NCBI GenBank assembly: GCA_002839155.1
Contig: PGXM01000002.1
Span: 57,586 to 121,585, forward strand
Source: Tenericutes bacterium HGW-Tenericutes-1
Lineage (GTDB): Bacteria > Bacillota_I > Bacilli_A > Izemoplasmatales > Hujiaoplasmataceae
Length of the DNA: 64,000 nucleotides
Direction of reading: 5' to 3'
Of the stretch, positions 29,167 through 38,113 are shown in pieces. A model generated the notes under the pieces. It was not told where the DNA came from and made no database searches. It saw nothing but the letters and a program-made list of their open reading frames with translations. Every line of letters starts with the position of its first letter. Positions within the stretch are counted from its first letter, which is position 1. Position numbers and translations under genes: made by a program.

Positions 29167-30470
29167 TATACATTCTCCTTTTTAAGACGATTCCATAAAA
29201 TTTCAGCTTGATTTTCGGCTGATGCGTAAAGCGTATCGATATTCTTATCTAACTGATAATCCTTTAAAACTTGAATGCCACTAACAAAAACATGTCTTGG
29301 TTTGAAAGAATTAAACAACCCAAAGAATAAATGTCCAAATGCATTAGAGTGATTCAAGGGTGTTGGTGGGATATACGGTATAATTTGAAAATCCGCTTCA
29401 TATTTGACATCAATTCTACCCAGTTTAACATCAAATAATTGACTTGCGTACTGATAATTATTCTCAATGATATCTAGTAAATCGTTGAGTGTAAAGGCTG
29501 TCGGTGAATTAGTTTGATGATGCATCAAATAATAGATCGCTTGAAATTCATTCACAATCGATGAGCCAAGACCATCATTACCGACAAGAACACAAATTCC
29601 TTTTTCTTTCATTTTCATCATATCGGGCAATCCAACCGCATTATTCATATTCGATGTCAAATTAACGACAACTTTACAATTTTTCTCTTTGATGATATCC
29701 ATATCTTTTTCACTAATATGAACACAGTGAATTAACAAAGAATTTTCTAGTAATAATCCATGACGGTTTAGTCTTTCAATGACGGATTCATGATATTGAT
29801 TCATTGAATCGAGCTCATCTAGTTGACTTTCAGAGACATGAATATGGATGGGATTCATTCCAAGATTATCTTTAACTTTTTTTAAGGTTTCCTCTGATAA
29901 GGACATTGATGCATGAAGCCCAAATAATCCTCTTGAATGGGATGTATGATTGTTTAATGCAAATTCTGCATTTTCTCTAATGCACATATCGACATCAAAT
30001 CGATCACTGGTTTCAAAACAGAAACATCCTCGTAATTTCAAGGTATCCACAATCGCTTTTTTCACCGAGTTTAACGAATTATATATGTCTAATTTAGACG
30101 CATGATGATCAATAATCGTCGTTATTCCATTTTTAATGCAATCACTGCCGTAGACAATCCCCGAGCAATAACTGATATCATTATCAATTTGCGAGTCTAA
30201 TTTCCACCATAATTGATCTAATATTTCTTGAAAATTAGAAGGATTAAAAGGAAGAGATAATCCTCTCGCAAATGTTGAATAAATATGTGTATGTGCTAAG
30301 ACAAATGAAGGCATGACAATATGATTTTCGCAGTCGATTAATTCATAGTTATGATTAATAAACTCTTTCATAAGTCCAACTTCAAATATTTGTTTATCAA
30401 ATAAGACATAAGCATTTTTTAAGAAACGATCTCGATCATATAAAGTCGCATTGATTAACGCTTTAACCAT
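29166..30470 (-). CDS. ssnA: SsnA-like / chlorohydrolase-type amidohydrolase
   Basis: 434 aa. LAHTHIY (HxH), HVSES and GNDG motifs of the ATZ/TRZ-SsnA aminohydrolase group. Confidence 0.65.
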   Translation of the reverse strand: MVKALINATLYDRDRFLKNAYVLFDKQIFEVGLMKEFINHNYELIDCENHIVMPSFVLAHTHIYSTFARGLSLPFNPSNFQEILDQLWWKLDSQIDNDISYCSGIVYGSDCIKNGITTIIDHHASKLDIYNSLNSVKKAIVDTLKLRGCFCFETSDRFDVDMCIRENAEFALNNHTSHSRGLFGLHASMSLSEETLKKVKDNLGMNPIHIHVSESQLDELDSMNQYHESVIERLNRHGLLLENSLLIHCVHISEKDMDIIKEKNCKVVVNLTSNMNNAVGLPDMMKMKEKGICVLVGNDGLGSSIVNEFQAIYYLMHHQTNSPTAFTLNDLLDIIENNYQYASQLFDVKLGRIDVKYEADFQIIPYIPPTPLNHSNAFGHLFFGLFNSFKPRHVFVSGIQVLKDYQLDKNIDTLYASAENQAEILWNRLKKENV

Positions 30471-30471
30471 C

Positions 30472-31773
30472 TTAATCCACTCCTTTGATTAACATGCCTT
30501 GATGAGGGATAAATCGTGAATTTTGAACAATAATTTTGCCTCTTAAAACCGTTCTAACCACTTTTGTCGTCACTCTCATGCCTAAATAAATATCGTTATC
30601 TGCCGCAGAGTGACTGTCGCGAATGGTAAAAGGAGGGGTCATTTCATAAAAACAAAAATCTGCGTCCATTCCGGCTTTTATCAGCCCTTTTGTCGGTAAT
30701 TGATAAATTGAAGCGACATTTTTCGTCATTTTATCAATAATTTTATCGCCAAACATCGAATGCATGATTGAAAATGAATGTTCAATGCCACCAATCCCTA
30801 AAGGCATTTGATTTAATAAAGTCTTGTGTTTGAGAGTAATGTCATAAGAACAATGATCTGTCCCTATCGTGTTTATATAATCAATATTATTTTTGAGTTT
30901 CAATTGATCATTCTTGGTTCGTAAAGGCGGAGCCATCGTATATAAATACCCATCACTTTTAGACAATGCATCTTCTGTAAAAACAAAATAATGCGGACAA
31001 CTTTCAATTAAAAACTTTTGATTAATTAGATCAGGATATTTAGCTTTTATTTTCTCGATTGTTTCTCCCGAAGTTAAATGGACCATATAAAATGTACCAC
31101 CTGTTTCTTTGACAAAACCAGCTATTTTCATGGCTTCTTCAGTTTCTGCAATGACAGGTCGAGATAGTGGCAAGAGTTGGAAAGGATAATCAGGATTCAA
31201 ATCAATTAATTGGTCATTTTCAACATGTCCGATTAATATAAAAGGATGATACGTCGTTAACTTGAGAAGCGTCTTGATGGCATCATCATCGGTACGGCGG
31301 TGTGAATCTGAATAAGTCGTGAATATCTTAAGCGATTTTAAATGAAGTTGTTCCATCCGGAATACAAAGTCTTCTAACGATTGATTTGGTTCTCGTAATG
31401 TTGCGTGAAACTGATAATCAATCGCACACTCTTTTGCTTCATTACAACGTTTTAGATAGTTTTGATTTAATTCATCGACATTTCTCGACGGATCTAAGAA
31501 ATCGATAATTGTTGTGACTCCACCAAACGCAGCTGCGATGGAGCCTGATAGAAAATCATCCTTTGATCTTCTTTCTCCGGTTCCTAAAGCGAAATGGACG
31601 TGGGGATCAATAATCCCTGGAATCACGTATTCATTGGTCGCATTGATGACTTCTGAAGCCTCAAAACGAGATGCTGAAAGACAAGCAATTTTACCACCTA
31701 ATACGTAAATATTTAGACGGTGAAATGCTTCGTCAATCCACACTTTCCCATTTATAATCGCCAAATCATACAT
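30472..31773 (-). CDS. dihydropyrimidinase/hydantoinase-type cyclic amidohydrolase (HyuA-like)
   Basis: 433 aa. PGIIDPHVHF, SLKIFTTY (candidate carboxylated Lys), GHVEN and GTDHCS metal-ligand motifs. Confidence 0.75.
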   Translation of the reverse strand: MYDLAIINGKVWIDEAFHRLNIYVLGGKIACLSASRFEASEVINATNEYVIPGIIDPHVHFALGTGERRSKDDFLSGSIAAAFGGVTTIIDFLDPSRNVDELNQNYLKRCNEAKECAIDYQFHATLREPNQSLEDFVFRMEQLHLKSLKIFTTYSDSHRRTDDDAIKTLLKLTTYHPFILIGHVENDQLIDLNPDYPFQLLPLSRPVIAETEEAMKIAGFVKETGGTFYMVHLTSGETIEKIKAKYPDLINQKFLIESCPHYFVFTEDALSKSDGYLYTMAPPLRTKNDQLKLKNNIDYINTIGTDHCSYDITLKHKTLLNQMPLGIGGIEHSFSIMHSMFGDKIIDKMTKNVASIYQLPTKGLIKAGMDADFCFYEMTPPFTIRDSHSAADNDIYLGMRVTTKVVRTVLRGKIIVQNSRFIPHQGMLIKGVD

Positions 31774-31786
31774 GAGACCACTTCCT

Positions 31787-32257
31787 TTATGTCAGGATTT
31801 GATATGACTTAATCTTGAACTTCTCTAGAAACATTGGGATAAATTGGTCCCGAATCGTGAAATAACAATCTCTTTCTGAATATAACATCTGAATGATTGT
31901 TTGATAAAATCCATATCCATCGATTTCAAGTTTTCCAACCTCATCTAAAAATAGGGATTTTACATGGTTATTAATCATCATTAACATTTCATTTTCCACC
32001 CAATGAAAGGCTTCATCATTAAAGACATAGGGGCCTAACTCTTGAGTATAATTAAACTGATGATTAAAATAGGGTTTTGTCATTGCTAATAATTTCGTTT
32101 CTTTCGTCGATAATTTCATAACATCGAACTTAACAACATTTCCCTGATCCATTGTTTTTAGAGAAACGAATCCATCTGAGGATAAAATCTTATTCGCTAT
32201 TTCTATTGTTTTGGTCGTTTTTTGGTGATTAATCTTACCAGTAATGAGGTACACCAT
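31787..32257 (-). CDS. THEP1/DUF2478-like small NTPase homologue with degenerate Walker A
   Basis: 156 aa. ITGKINHQKTT aligns to ITGxxGxGKTT (the G before K is Q). Walker B-like LFLDEVGKLE. Overlaps the xdhC-like gene by 23 nt. Confidence 0.5.
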   Translation of the reverse strand: MVYLITGKINHQKTTKTIEIANKILSSDGFVSLKTMDQGNVVKFDVMKLSTKETKLLAMTKPYFNHQFNYTQELGPYVFNDEAFHWVENEMLMMINNHVKSLFLDEVGKLEIDGYGFYQTIIQMLYSERDCYFTIRDQFIPMFLEKFKIKSYQILT

Positions 32258-33071
32258 CGGTGGTCTCCCGCATATGGTTATGATTTATCTTGCCATTACT
32301 AACCGCCAATATTTCAGAACTTATAGAGATAGCAATCTCAGAAGGAGATCCTCCCCCTAAATTTAAGCCTATTGGAGAATAAAAGTTTGATAGATCAACT
32401 TCTTGACCAAATTGTTCATACGTTTTATCCAAGTAATCTCGTAATTTTATTGGAGAACATAACATTCCCATATATTTAGGCTTTAATTTTAACTCAAGAA
32501 TTTTATTAATGACGTGATAATCATGTAGATGTGCTGGCGTACAAACCACCACAAAACTATCTTCTTTAATTGAGTACTTTTCAATGTACTCAACGAATCC
32601 CATATCATAGACTAAATCAGCGTTTTTAAAAGCTTTGGCTACATCTTTTCTTTCATCAATAACCGTAATATGAAACGGCATGGTTTTTAATACATTCGCC
32701 AATGCTTGACCGACATGTCCTGCCCCAAAGATATACACATATTCTTTCGCTCCTAAATATTCGTACATCAAAGATACTTTACCGCCACAGGCCATCGGTA
32801 AAGTAATGGTATCAGGATAGACTTTTCCTTCTGCGAGTAAATATTTTTCATATCGATTTTCGCGTTTTTGGAGAAGTTCTTTACATAATTCGCGGGCATG
32901 AAATTCAAGGGCTCCGCCACCAACCGTACCATACGCTTCTAAATTCTCGCCAACAATCATTTTTTTACCTACTTCAACGGGTCCTTCACCGGTCTTTTCA
33001 ATGACAGTAACCATCATTAAAGGAATTCCACGACGTTGTAAGTCAATCAGTTTTTCATAGAGGTTTTCCAT
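32235..33071 (-). CDS. XdhC/CoxI family molybdenum-hydroxylase maturation protein
   Basis: 278 aa. N-terminal XdhC_CoxI region (MVTVIEKTGEGP, GTVGGGALE) and C-terminal Rossmann IFGAGHVGQALA. Confidence 0.8.
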   Translation of the reverse strand: MENLYEKLIDLQRRGIPLMMVTVIEKTGEGPVEVGKKMIVGENLEAYGTVGGGALEFHARELCKELLQKRENRYEKYLLAEGKVYPDTITLPMACGGKVSLMYEYLGAKEYVYIFGAGHVGQALANVLKTMPFHITVIDERKDVAKAFKNADLVYDMGFVEYIEKYSIKEDSFVVVCTPAHLHDYHVINKILELKLKPKYMGMLCSPIKLRDYLDKTYEQFGQEVDLSNFYSPIGLNLGGGSPSEIAISISSEILAVSNGKINHNHMRETTDGVPHYW

Positions 33072-33090
33072 AGAGACTCCTAAGTAATTG

Positions 33091-33720
33091 TTATAATAAG
33101 ATAGTTAATATTACCGCCACGGCTAACGATACAAGTGAAAGAATTGGTGAAATAGGGACCATTGGTTTTTTTAATTTATTCGGTAGCTCAATGATAAATA
33201 ACAAGCCAATGCTCATCATAGCGGACAGTAGCCCAGATACAACGCTAAATGATAAAATGGCTTCTAGCGATCCAATTTGAACAGCGACAAAACCTGTCGT
33301 TATTGCTTGAATTCCCATATAACCTAAGAAGAGCATTCTCCAAGTGATACTTGCGATTGATATAATCGCTGTCTTTATTACCCAGTTGGACTTGACAAAA
33401 CTTCTCATTACAACCATGACAACCAATGCTTCAAGCAGAATTGAAATCATGGGATTAATAACCTTAAAAATATTTGTAACAGGCAGCAAGAAGTTTACAG
33501 CTTTAATCATCGCTGCTATAACACCAACGCCTAATACTGCATAATTAGAATTGGTTTGTTTATAAGTTTTATACAAAATAAGTGATGCAAAAGGAAACAA
33601 AATCGTACCGGCAATTAATGCAGGTAAAAAGTGAAGGACATAACCGACACTTGCTTCAACAATGCCCCATATTGCGCCATAAAAAACAATTACTGATATA
33701 GTTTTTAAATTAATTTTCAT
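33091..33720 (-). CDS. six-TM membrane protein (possibly ECF-type S component or other small-solute carrier)
   Basis: 209 aa and entirely hydrophobic. The start overlaps the stop of the set-1 Mo subunit by 11 nt. The family is not recognised with confidence. Confidence 0.45.
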   Translation of the reverse strand: MKINLKTISVIVFYGAIWGIVEASVGYVLHFLPALIAGTILFPFASLILYKTYKQTNSNYAVLGVGVIAAMIKAVNFLLPVTNIFKVINPMISILLEALVVMVVMRSFVKSNWVIKTAIISIASITWRMLFLGYMGIQAITTGFVAVQIGSLEAILSFSVVSGLLSAMMSIGLLFIIELPNKLKKPMVPISPILSLVSLAVAVILTILL

Positions 33721-36028
33721 GATTTTTTCTCCTTAGTTCCATTAATATTTTTTCAGGGGTTGCTGGTAATGTTTTGATTCTAACGCCGCAAGCATTAAAT
33801 ATGGCGTTTGTGATAGCAGCTGGAGGTGTATCAATGCCGATTTCACCGACAGATTTAGCACCAAATGGACCGCTTGGTTCATGACTAATTGCAAATTCAG
33901 TAATGAGTTCTGGAGTTTCATTTCTTGAAGGAATGCGGTAACTCATGAAATCGTTAGAAATGAGTTTACCTTGTGAAGAAACTTTGACATCTTCATAGAG
34001 TGCCATACCCATTCCTTGAACTATCGCACCTTCAACTTGCCCTTTAGCAAGTTTTGGATTAATCGTAACACCACAATCTACAACACTGACATATTTGTTA
34101 ACTTTCACTTCGCCGGTTTCTGTATCTAAATCAATTTCGGCAAAACCTGCCATGAAAGGCGGTGGTGATTTGTGTCCAACATAACTTTCTGTAACCATCA
34201 ATTGTTTTTGATCATGATTATAATATAAACGGTTTGATAGAGCTTTTAGTGTAATCGAATCTTTCGTTTTGATTTGCGTGAATACTTCACCATTAAATTC
34301 AACCAGTATGATATCACAATTGAAATAGTTCGCTGCTTCTTCAACAAGTTTTGATTTCATGGTTTTAGCAGCCTTTAAGACAGCATTACCAGAAACGAAT
34401 GTTGTGGAAGATGCATATGCCCCAACATCAAAAGGAGTTAAGTCAGTATCAGATGAATAGACAATCACTTTATCAACAGTAGTCATTAACTCTTCGGCGG
34501 CAATTTGAGTCAAAATCGTATCTGATCCTTGACCAATTTCAGTGGCACCGACAAGTAAATTATAAAAACCATCGTCATTCAGTTTGATTGTTGCAGCTCC
34601 CATATCGATATAAGGAATGCCTGATCCCTGCATCGCAATGGCCATTCCAACACTTCTAACAGTATGATCATCTATTTGAATTCTCGGATACGTTTTTTGC
34701 CAATTGATTAATTCTAATCCTCGGTTTAGACAAAATTCCAGTTTACATGTTTCCATGTTCATTGCAGTTCCTTCAGTGCCTTCACCCATGATTGCGAAAA
34801 TTGGACTAGTTTCTGTTTCCTTAATCATGTTTATTTGTCGGAAAGCAATCGGACTCATCTTCAATTTTTCACACAACATATCTACTGCAGATTCAAGGGC
34901 AAAATTCCCTTGAATTGCACCATATCCTCTAAATGCACCTGCTGGTGTATGATTCGTATATACGACATGACCATGGAAACGAACAGAGTCAACTTTATTG
35001 TAGAGTGGTAAGACTTTTGATCCTGTTACCATAAAGACTGTTAATGCATGTTCTCCATAAGCCCCAGTGTCTGATAACACATAACAATCAATGGCTTTTA
35101 AATGACCTTCTAAGTCAGCTCCTAAGGTCATATCAATACGCATAGGGTGTCTTGAATAACTTGATTCGAAAACTTCTTTACGGGTGTAGACTAGTTTGGC
35201 CGGTTTCCCAGTTTTAATGGTAACCGCACTACAGATAATTTCACCATGAATCGCTTGTTTACCGCCAAAACCTCCACCCACTCTCGGTTTAATAACCCGA
35301 ATTCTTGAGAGTGGAAAATTAAGCGCTTGACTAATGATTCTTCGCACATGAAAAGGCGTTTGAGTCGAAGAATATAACACCAAACGATTTTGATAATCAA
35401 ACCTGCTATTCACCGCATGAGGCTCCATCATCGCGTGGGCTTGTGCTTGCGTATAAAATGATTCTTTAATGACTACGTCACATTGAGCTAATGATTTTTC
35501 AACGTTTCCAATATGCATTTGATAACTAGCTGCAATATTTTTCTTTGGTTCAAAACCAATCGGAAACATTTCATGAATTTCTGGTTCTGGATGAATGATA
35601 CTTTGATGATTCATCGCAGACTCAAAGTCTAAGACGCTTTCAAGTATTTGATATTCAACTTTGATTAAAGCGAGCGCTTTTTCAGCGGTAACTTCATCAA
35701 TGGCCGCAACACATAATACTTCATCGCCAACATAGCGGACATATTCATCAAAAACAAATTTATCATGAGGAGATGGTTCGGGATATCCTTGGCCTGCTCT
35801 TGTAAAAGGTCTACGATCAAAGTCTTTGTAAGATAAAATACATTCAACGCCTTTTAATTTTAAAGCTTCACTGTCATTAATCGATACAATTTTTGCATAC
35901 GGATGAGGACTTCTCAACACCTTGATAATCAATGAATTTTTATCTGAAAAATCATTGGTATACCCAGGTTTTCCCATCATCAATCCTTGACCATCAATCG
36001 ATGGAGTAATGATATTGACTGCTTTCAT
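33710..36028 (-). CDS. xanthine dehydrogenase family molybdopterin-binding subunit (set 1)
   Basis: About 772 aa from MKAVNIITPSIDGQG. Motifs GGGFGGKQA, GAFRGYGAIQ, GAKSVGEIG. ATG at 36028 overlaps the upstream TGA (ATGA), so the longer ORF to 36091 is rejected. Confidence 0.85.
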   Translation of the reverse strand: MKAVNIITPSIDGQGLMMGKPGYTNDFSDKNSLIIKVLRSPHPYAKIVSINDSEALKLKGVECILSYKDFDRRPFTRAGQGYPEPSPHDKFVFDEYVRYVGDEVLCVAAIDEVTAEKALALIKVEYQILESVLDFESAMNHQSIIHPEPEIHEMFPIGFEPKKNIAASYQMHIGNVEKSLAQCDVVIKESFYTQAQAHAMMEPHAVNSRFDYQNRLVLYSSTQTPFHVRRIISQALNFPLSRIRVIKPRVGGGFGGKQAIHGEIICSAVTIKTGKPAKLVYTRKEVFESSYSRHPMRIDMTLGADLEGHLKAIDCYVLSDTGAYGEHALTVFMVTGSKVLPLYNKVDSVRFHGHVVYTNHTPAGAFRGYGAIQGNFALESAVDMLCEKLKMSPIAFRQINMIKETETSPIFAIMGEGTEGTAMNMETCKLEFCLNRGLELINWQKTYPRIQIDDHTVRSVGMAIAMQGSGIPYIDMGAATIKLNDDGFYNLLVGATEIGQGSDTILTQIAAEELMTTVDKVIVYSSDTDLTPFDVGAYASSTTFVSGNAVLKAAKTMKSKLVEEAANYFNCDIILVEFNGEVFTQIKTKDSITLKALSNRLYYNHDQKQLMVTESYVGHKSPPPFMAGFAEIDLDTETGEVKVNKYVSVVDCGVTINPKLAKGQVEGAIVQGMGMALYEDVKVSSQGKLISNDFMSYRIPSRNETPELITEFAISHEPSGPFGAKSVGEIGIDTPPAAITNAIFNACGVRIKTLPATPEKILMELRRKNHEN

Positions 36029-36477
36029 GATTGATCCTCCAAATAATGAAGAATTGCAATGTGTTGTGCTTGATATCCTGTACAACGACATAAATTACCA
36101 ACTAAGTAACTTTTGATTGTCTCTATCGTTGGATCCTTCAATTCTTTCTTCATCGCGTAAACCGTTAATGCCATTGATGGATTACAAAATCCACATTGAT
36201 CTGCACCTTCTAATCCGAAATAATGTGCTAATTTCTCAGCTTCTTTTTGAATTCCTTCAACGGTAGTGATTGATTTCCCTTCAAGACGAACGGTTAATAA
36301 AGAACAGGATGGAACTGGCTTACCCTCTAAAAGTACAGTACAAACACCACATGACGTCGATTCGCAACCACGTCTGACCGAAACAACATTATTTTTTTGT
36401 AACGTATCTAATAAAAAATCTCCAGGTTCAACTTGTAATGTTTTTGCTTCTCCGTTTAAGAATAAATTAACTAACAT
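36025..36477 (-). CDS. (2Fe-2S)-binding subunit (set 1)
   Basis: 150 aa. CESTSCGVCT plus CGFCNPS...CRCTGY. Confidence 0.85.
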   Translation of the reverse strand: MLVNLFLNGEAKTLQVEPGDFLLDTLQKNNVVSVRRGCESTSCGVCTVLLEGKPVPSCSLLTVRLEGKSITTVEGIQKEAEKLAHYFGLEGADQCGFCNPSMALTVYAMKKELKDPTIETIKSYLVGNLCRCTGYQAQHIAILHYLEDQS

Positions 36478-37270
36478 GATTGATCACCGCCTTCAAACCT
36501 CTTTTGATATATACGAAAGCAAGGGATTTACGATACTCTTTTGTCCCTCTGAAATTGGATGAAAACGATAATTCGTCAGCTGCGAGTTCACAGGTTTTTT
36601 CGATGTCCTGTTCAGTAATATTCTTTAGTTGATTAATATAATTCATCGCACTTAATGCGAAAGCAGCCGTCCCAGGACGCGCTCCAACAACGATAGAGTA
36701 ACGATTATTATTGTTCGTTACTGCAACATTAATAATCGCGAAATCGAGCGAAGTCCTCGACACTTTGTGATAGTATCCCAACGTTTGATTTTTCTCAATA
36801 ATGATGGATAATAAAATATCCTTAACTGGATAATTTGTTGTTAAAAACGTCGATAATTTTAGTTTACCTTTTGAATGAAAAACCAACGTAACATCAATTG
36901 CTAGTAAAGCCGTTAACAAATCAGAAAAAGAATATTTACCCACAATCGTGCCACCAATCGTCGCTAGGTTTTTCACGGTTATTCCCATGATGGATTGACT
37001 GGCTTTGGCGATAATGCCGCCAAAATATTGCTTGAGAAGAGCACTTTCTTCTAAATCATGGAGTGTGCACATCGCTCCAATTTCAATATAATTTGGATAT
37101 TCTTTGATTTTCGAATCAATTAATGTCGACAACTCAATGGCAGTATCAATTTTCTTTAATGTGTTTTTAATCCAAGCTCCTCCGGCAAAAACATGATTAT
37201 CAGGGCTCTGATTCAATACCATGATTGCTTCATCTAAAGATTTCGGTACTAAATAATTTCTAATTTCCAT
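36467..37270 (-). CDS. FAD-binding subunit (set 1)
   Basis: 267 aa. CO-dehydrogenase flavoprotein-like (AGGAWIKN, TIGGTIVG). Confidence 0.8.
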   Translation of the reverse strand: MEIRNYLVPKSLDEAIMVLNQSPDNHVFAGGAWIKNTLKKIDTAIELSTLIDSKIKEYPNYIEIGAMCTLHDLEESALLKQYFGGIIAKASQSIMGITVKNLATIGGTIVGKYSFSDLLTALLAIDVTLVFHSKGKLKLSTFLTTNYPVKDILLSIIIEKNQTLGYYHKVSRTSLDFAIINVAVTNNNNRYSIVVGARPGTAAFALSAMNYINQLKNITEQDIEKTCELAADELSFSSNFRGTKEYRKSLAFVYIKRGLKAVINHVS

Positions 37271-37274
37271 ATCA

Positions 37275-37835
37275 TCACTCCTTTGTTAAGACTAATTGTT
37301 CTAAATCTTTTAATGTATCAATATCCTGTAAAATTCCTGCATCGTTGACAGTAACTTCTTCATAGAAATATCTGTTTCTAAATACTTTCAAATTAGAATC
37401 AAGTGGTTCTTTGCGTAAATCATCAATTAATGATTTTTTGATGAATAATGGATGTCCTTTTTTATTTTGATATACCGGAACTGAAATAAATGCTTTGTTA
37501 TCTAACAAGCTTTCATATGTGTTTGAGAGTACATTTGGATAATCACCAGGAATGATAAAAAAATCTTCAGTCACATGATTAACTCCAGCTAATACGGATG
37601 TAAACATCCCCTGATGATAAATTTCATTATAAATAACACTCACTTTAGGTATTTTTTCAAGAATCGGTAAAAGTTCTTGATGATAATGACCAGTAACGAC
37701 AAATATATCAGTGACAAAAGGAGTCATTGATTTTATACAATGACAAATGAGTGGTTCTCCAAGATATGAAAGCGTCATTTTGTTTTGGCCAATTCTGCTA
37801 GAATAGCCACCAGCCAATATGATCCCTTGTGCCAT
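37275..37835 (-). CDS. MobA/MocA-like molybdenum cofactor nucleotidyltransferase
   Basis: 186 aa. N-terminal GIILAGGYSSRIGQNKM (LAGGxSxRxG). First gene of the operon, with SD AAGAGGTG. Confidence 0.75.
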   Translation of the reverse strand: MAQGIILAGGYSSRIGQNKMTLSYLGEPLICHCIKSMTPFVTDIFVVTGHYHQELLPILEKIPKVSVIYNEIYHQGMFTSVLAGVNHVTEDFFIIPGDYPNVLSNTYESLLDNKAFISVPVYQNKKGHPLFIKKSLIDDLRKEPLDSNLKVFRNRYFYEEVTVNDAGILQDIDTLKDLEQLVLTKE

Positions 37836-37947
37836 AGTTCACCTCTTAAAGCGCTTACATAAGCCGATAAAAAAAATATGGGTAACAGATGGTAATTTAA
37901 TCACGAATGGGAAAACATCATAAGAGTAATTATTTTTAGTATTTGAT

Positions 37948-37976
37948 ATTATAACACTATATTGTATTATTTACTA
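37948..37976 (-). promoter_or_regulatory. candidate extended -10 promoter of the purine operon
   Basis: Minus-strand TGTTATAAT (37956-37948) with a poor -35 TAGTAA (37976-37971). About 105-nt leader. Confidence 0.45.
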
Positions 37977-38071
37977 TGTGTTTTTAAGAAAAAAATCAAT
38001 GTTTTTATCGCAAAATAACCAATTTTTTCATTATTTTATCTTATTAGTTAATTTAAAAGAGTGAATAATCA

Positions 38072-38103
38072 TTAAAAAAGATGATTGCGATTAACAATCA
38101 TCT
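38072..38103 (-). terminator. intrinsic terminator after the 5TM-PAS-GGDEF-HD-GYP gene
   Basis: Stem AGATGATTG (38079-38087) pairs with CAATCATCT (38095-38103), then U6 on the minus strand. Confidence 0.75.
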
Positions 38104-38113
38104 CTTAATGATA

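Noticed and set aside
36029-36091. Long N-terminal extensions given by the ORF track (also 40115-40231, 24670-24702, 51567-51608, 57879-57920, 46009-46035, 54313-54321, 63340-63348)
   Set aside because: In each case an internal ATG is preceded by a good SD and/or sits exactly at the upstream gene's stop codon. The extension overlaps the upstream gene, lacks an SD, or encodes non-conserved sequence.
37836-37947. Possible purine riboswitch or terminator-attenuator in the ~105-nt leader of the purine operon (contains a U8 run and a GCTTATGTAAGC near-palindrome)
   Set aside because: There is no three-way-junction purine aptamer consensus. The sequence preceding the U8 run is C/U-rich with no complementary G-rich arm, so no terminator hairpin forms. 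The palindrome may be an operator, but one near-palindrome in AT-rich DNA is not enough to call a site.
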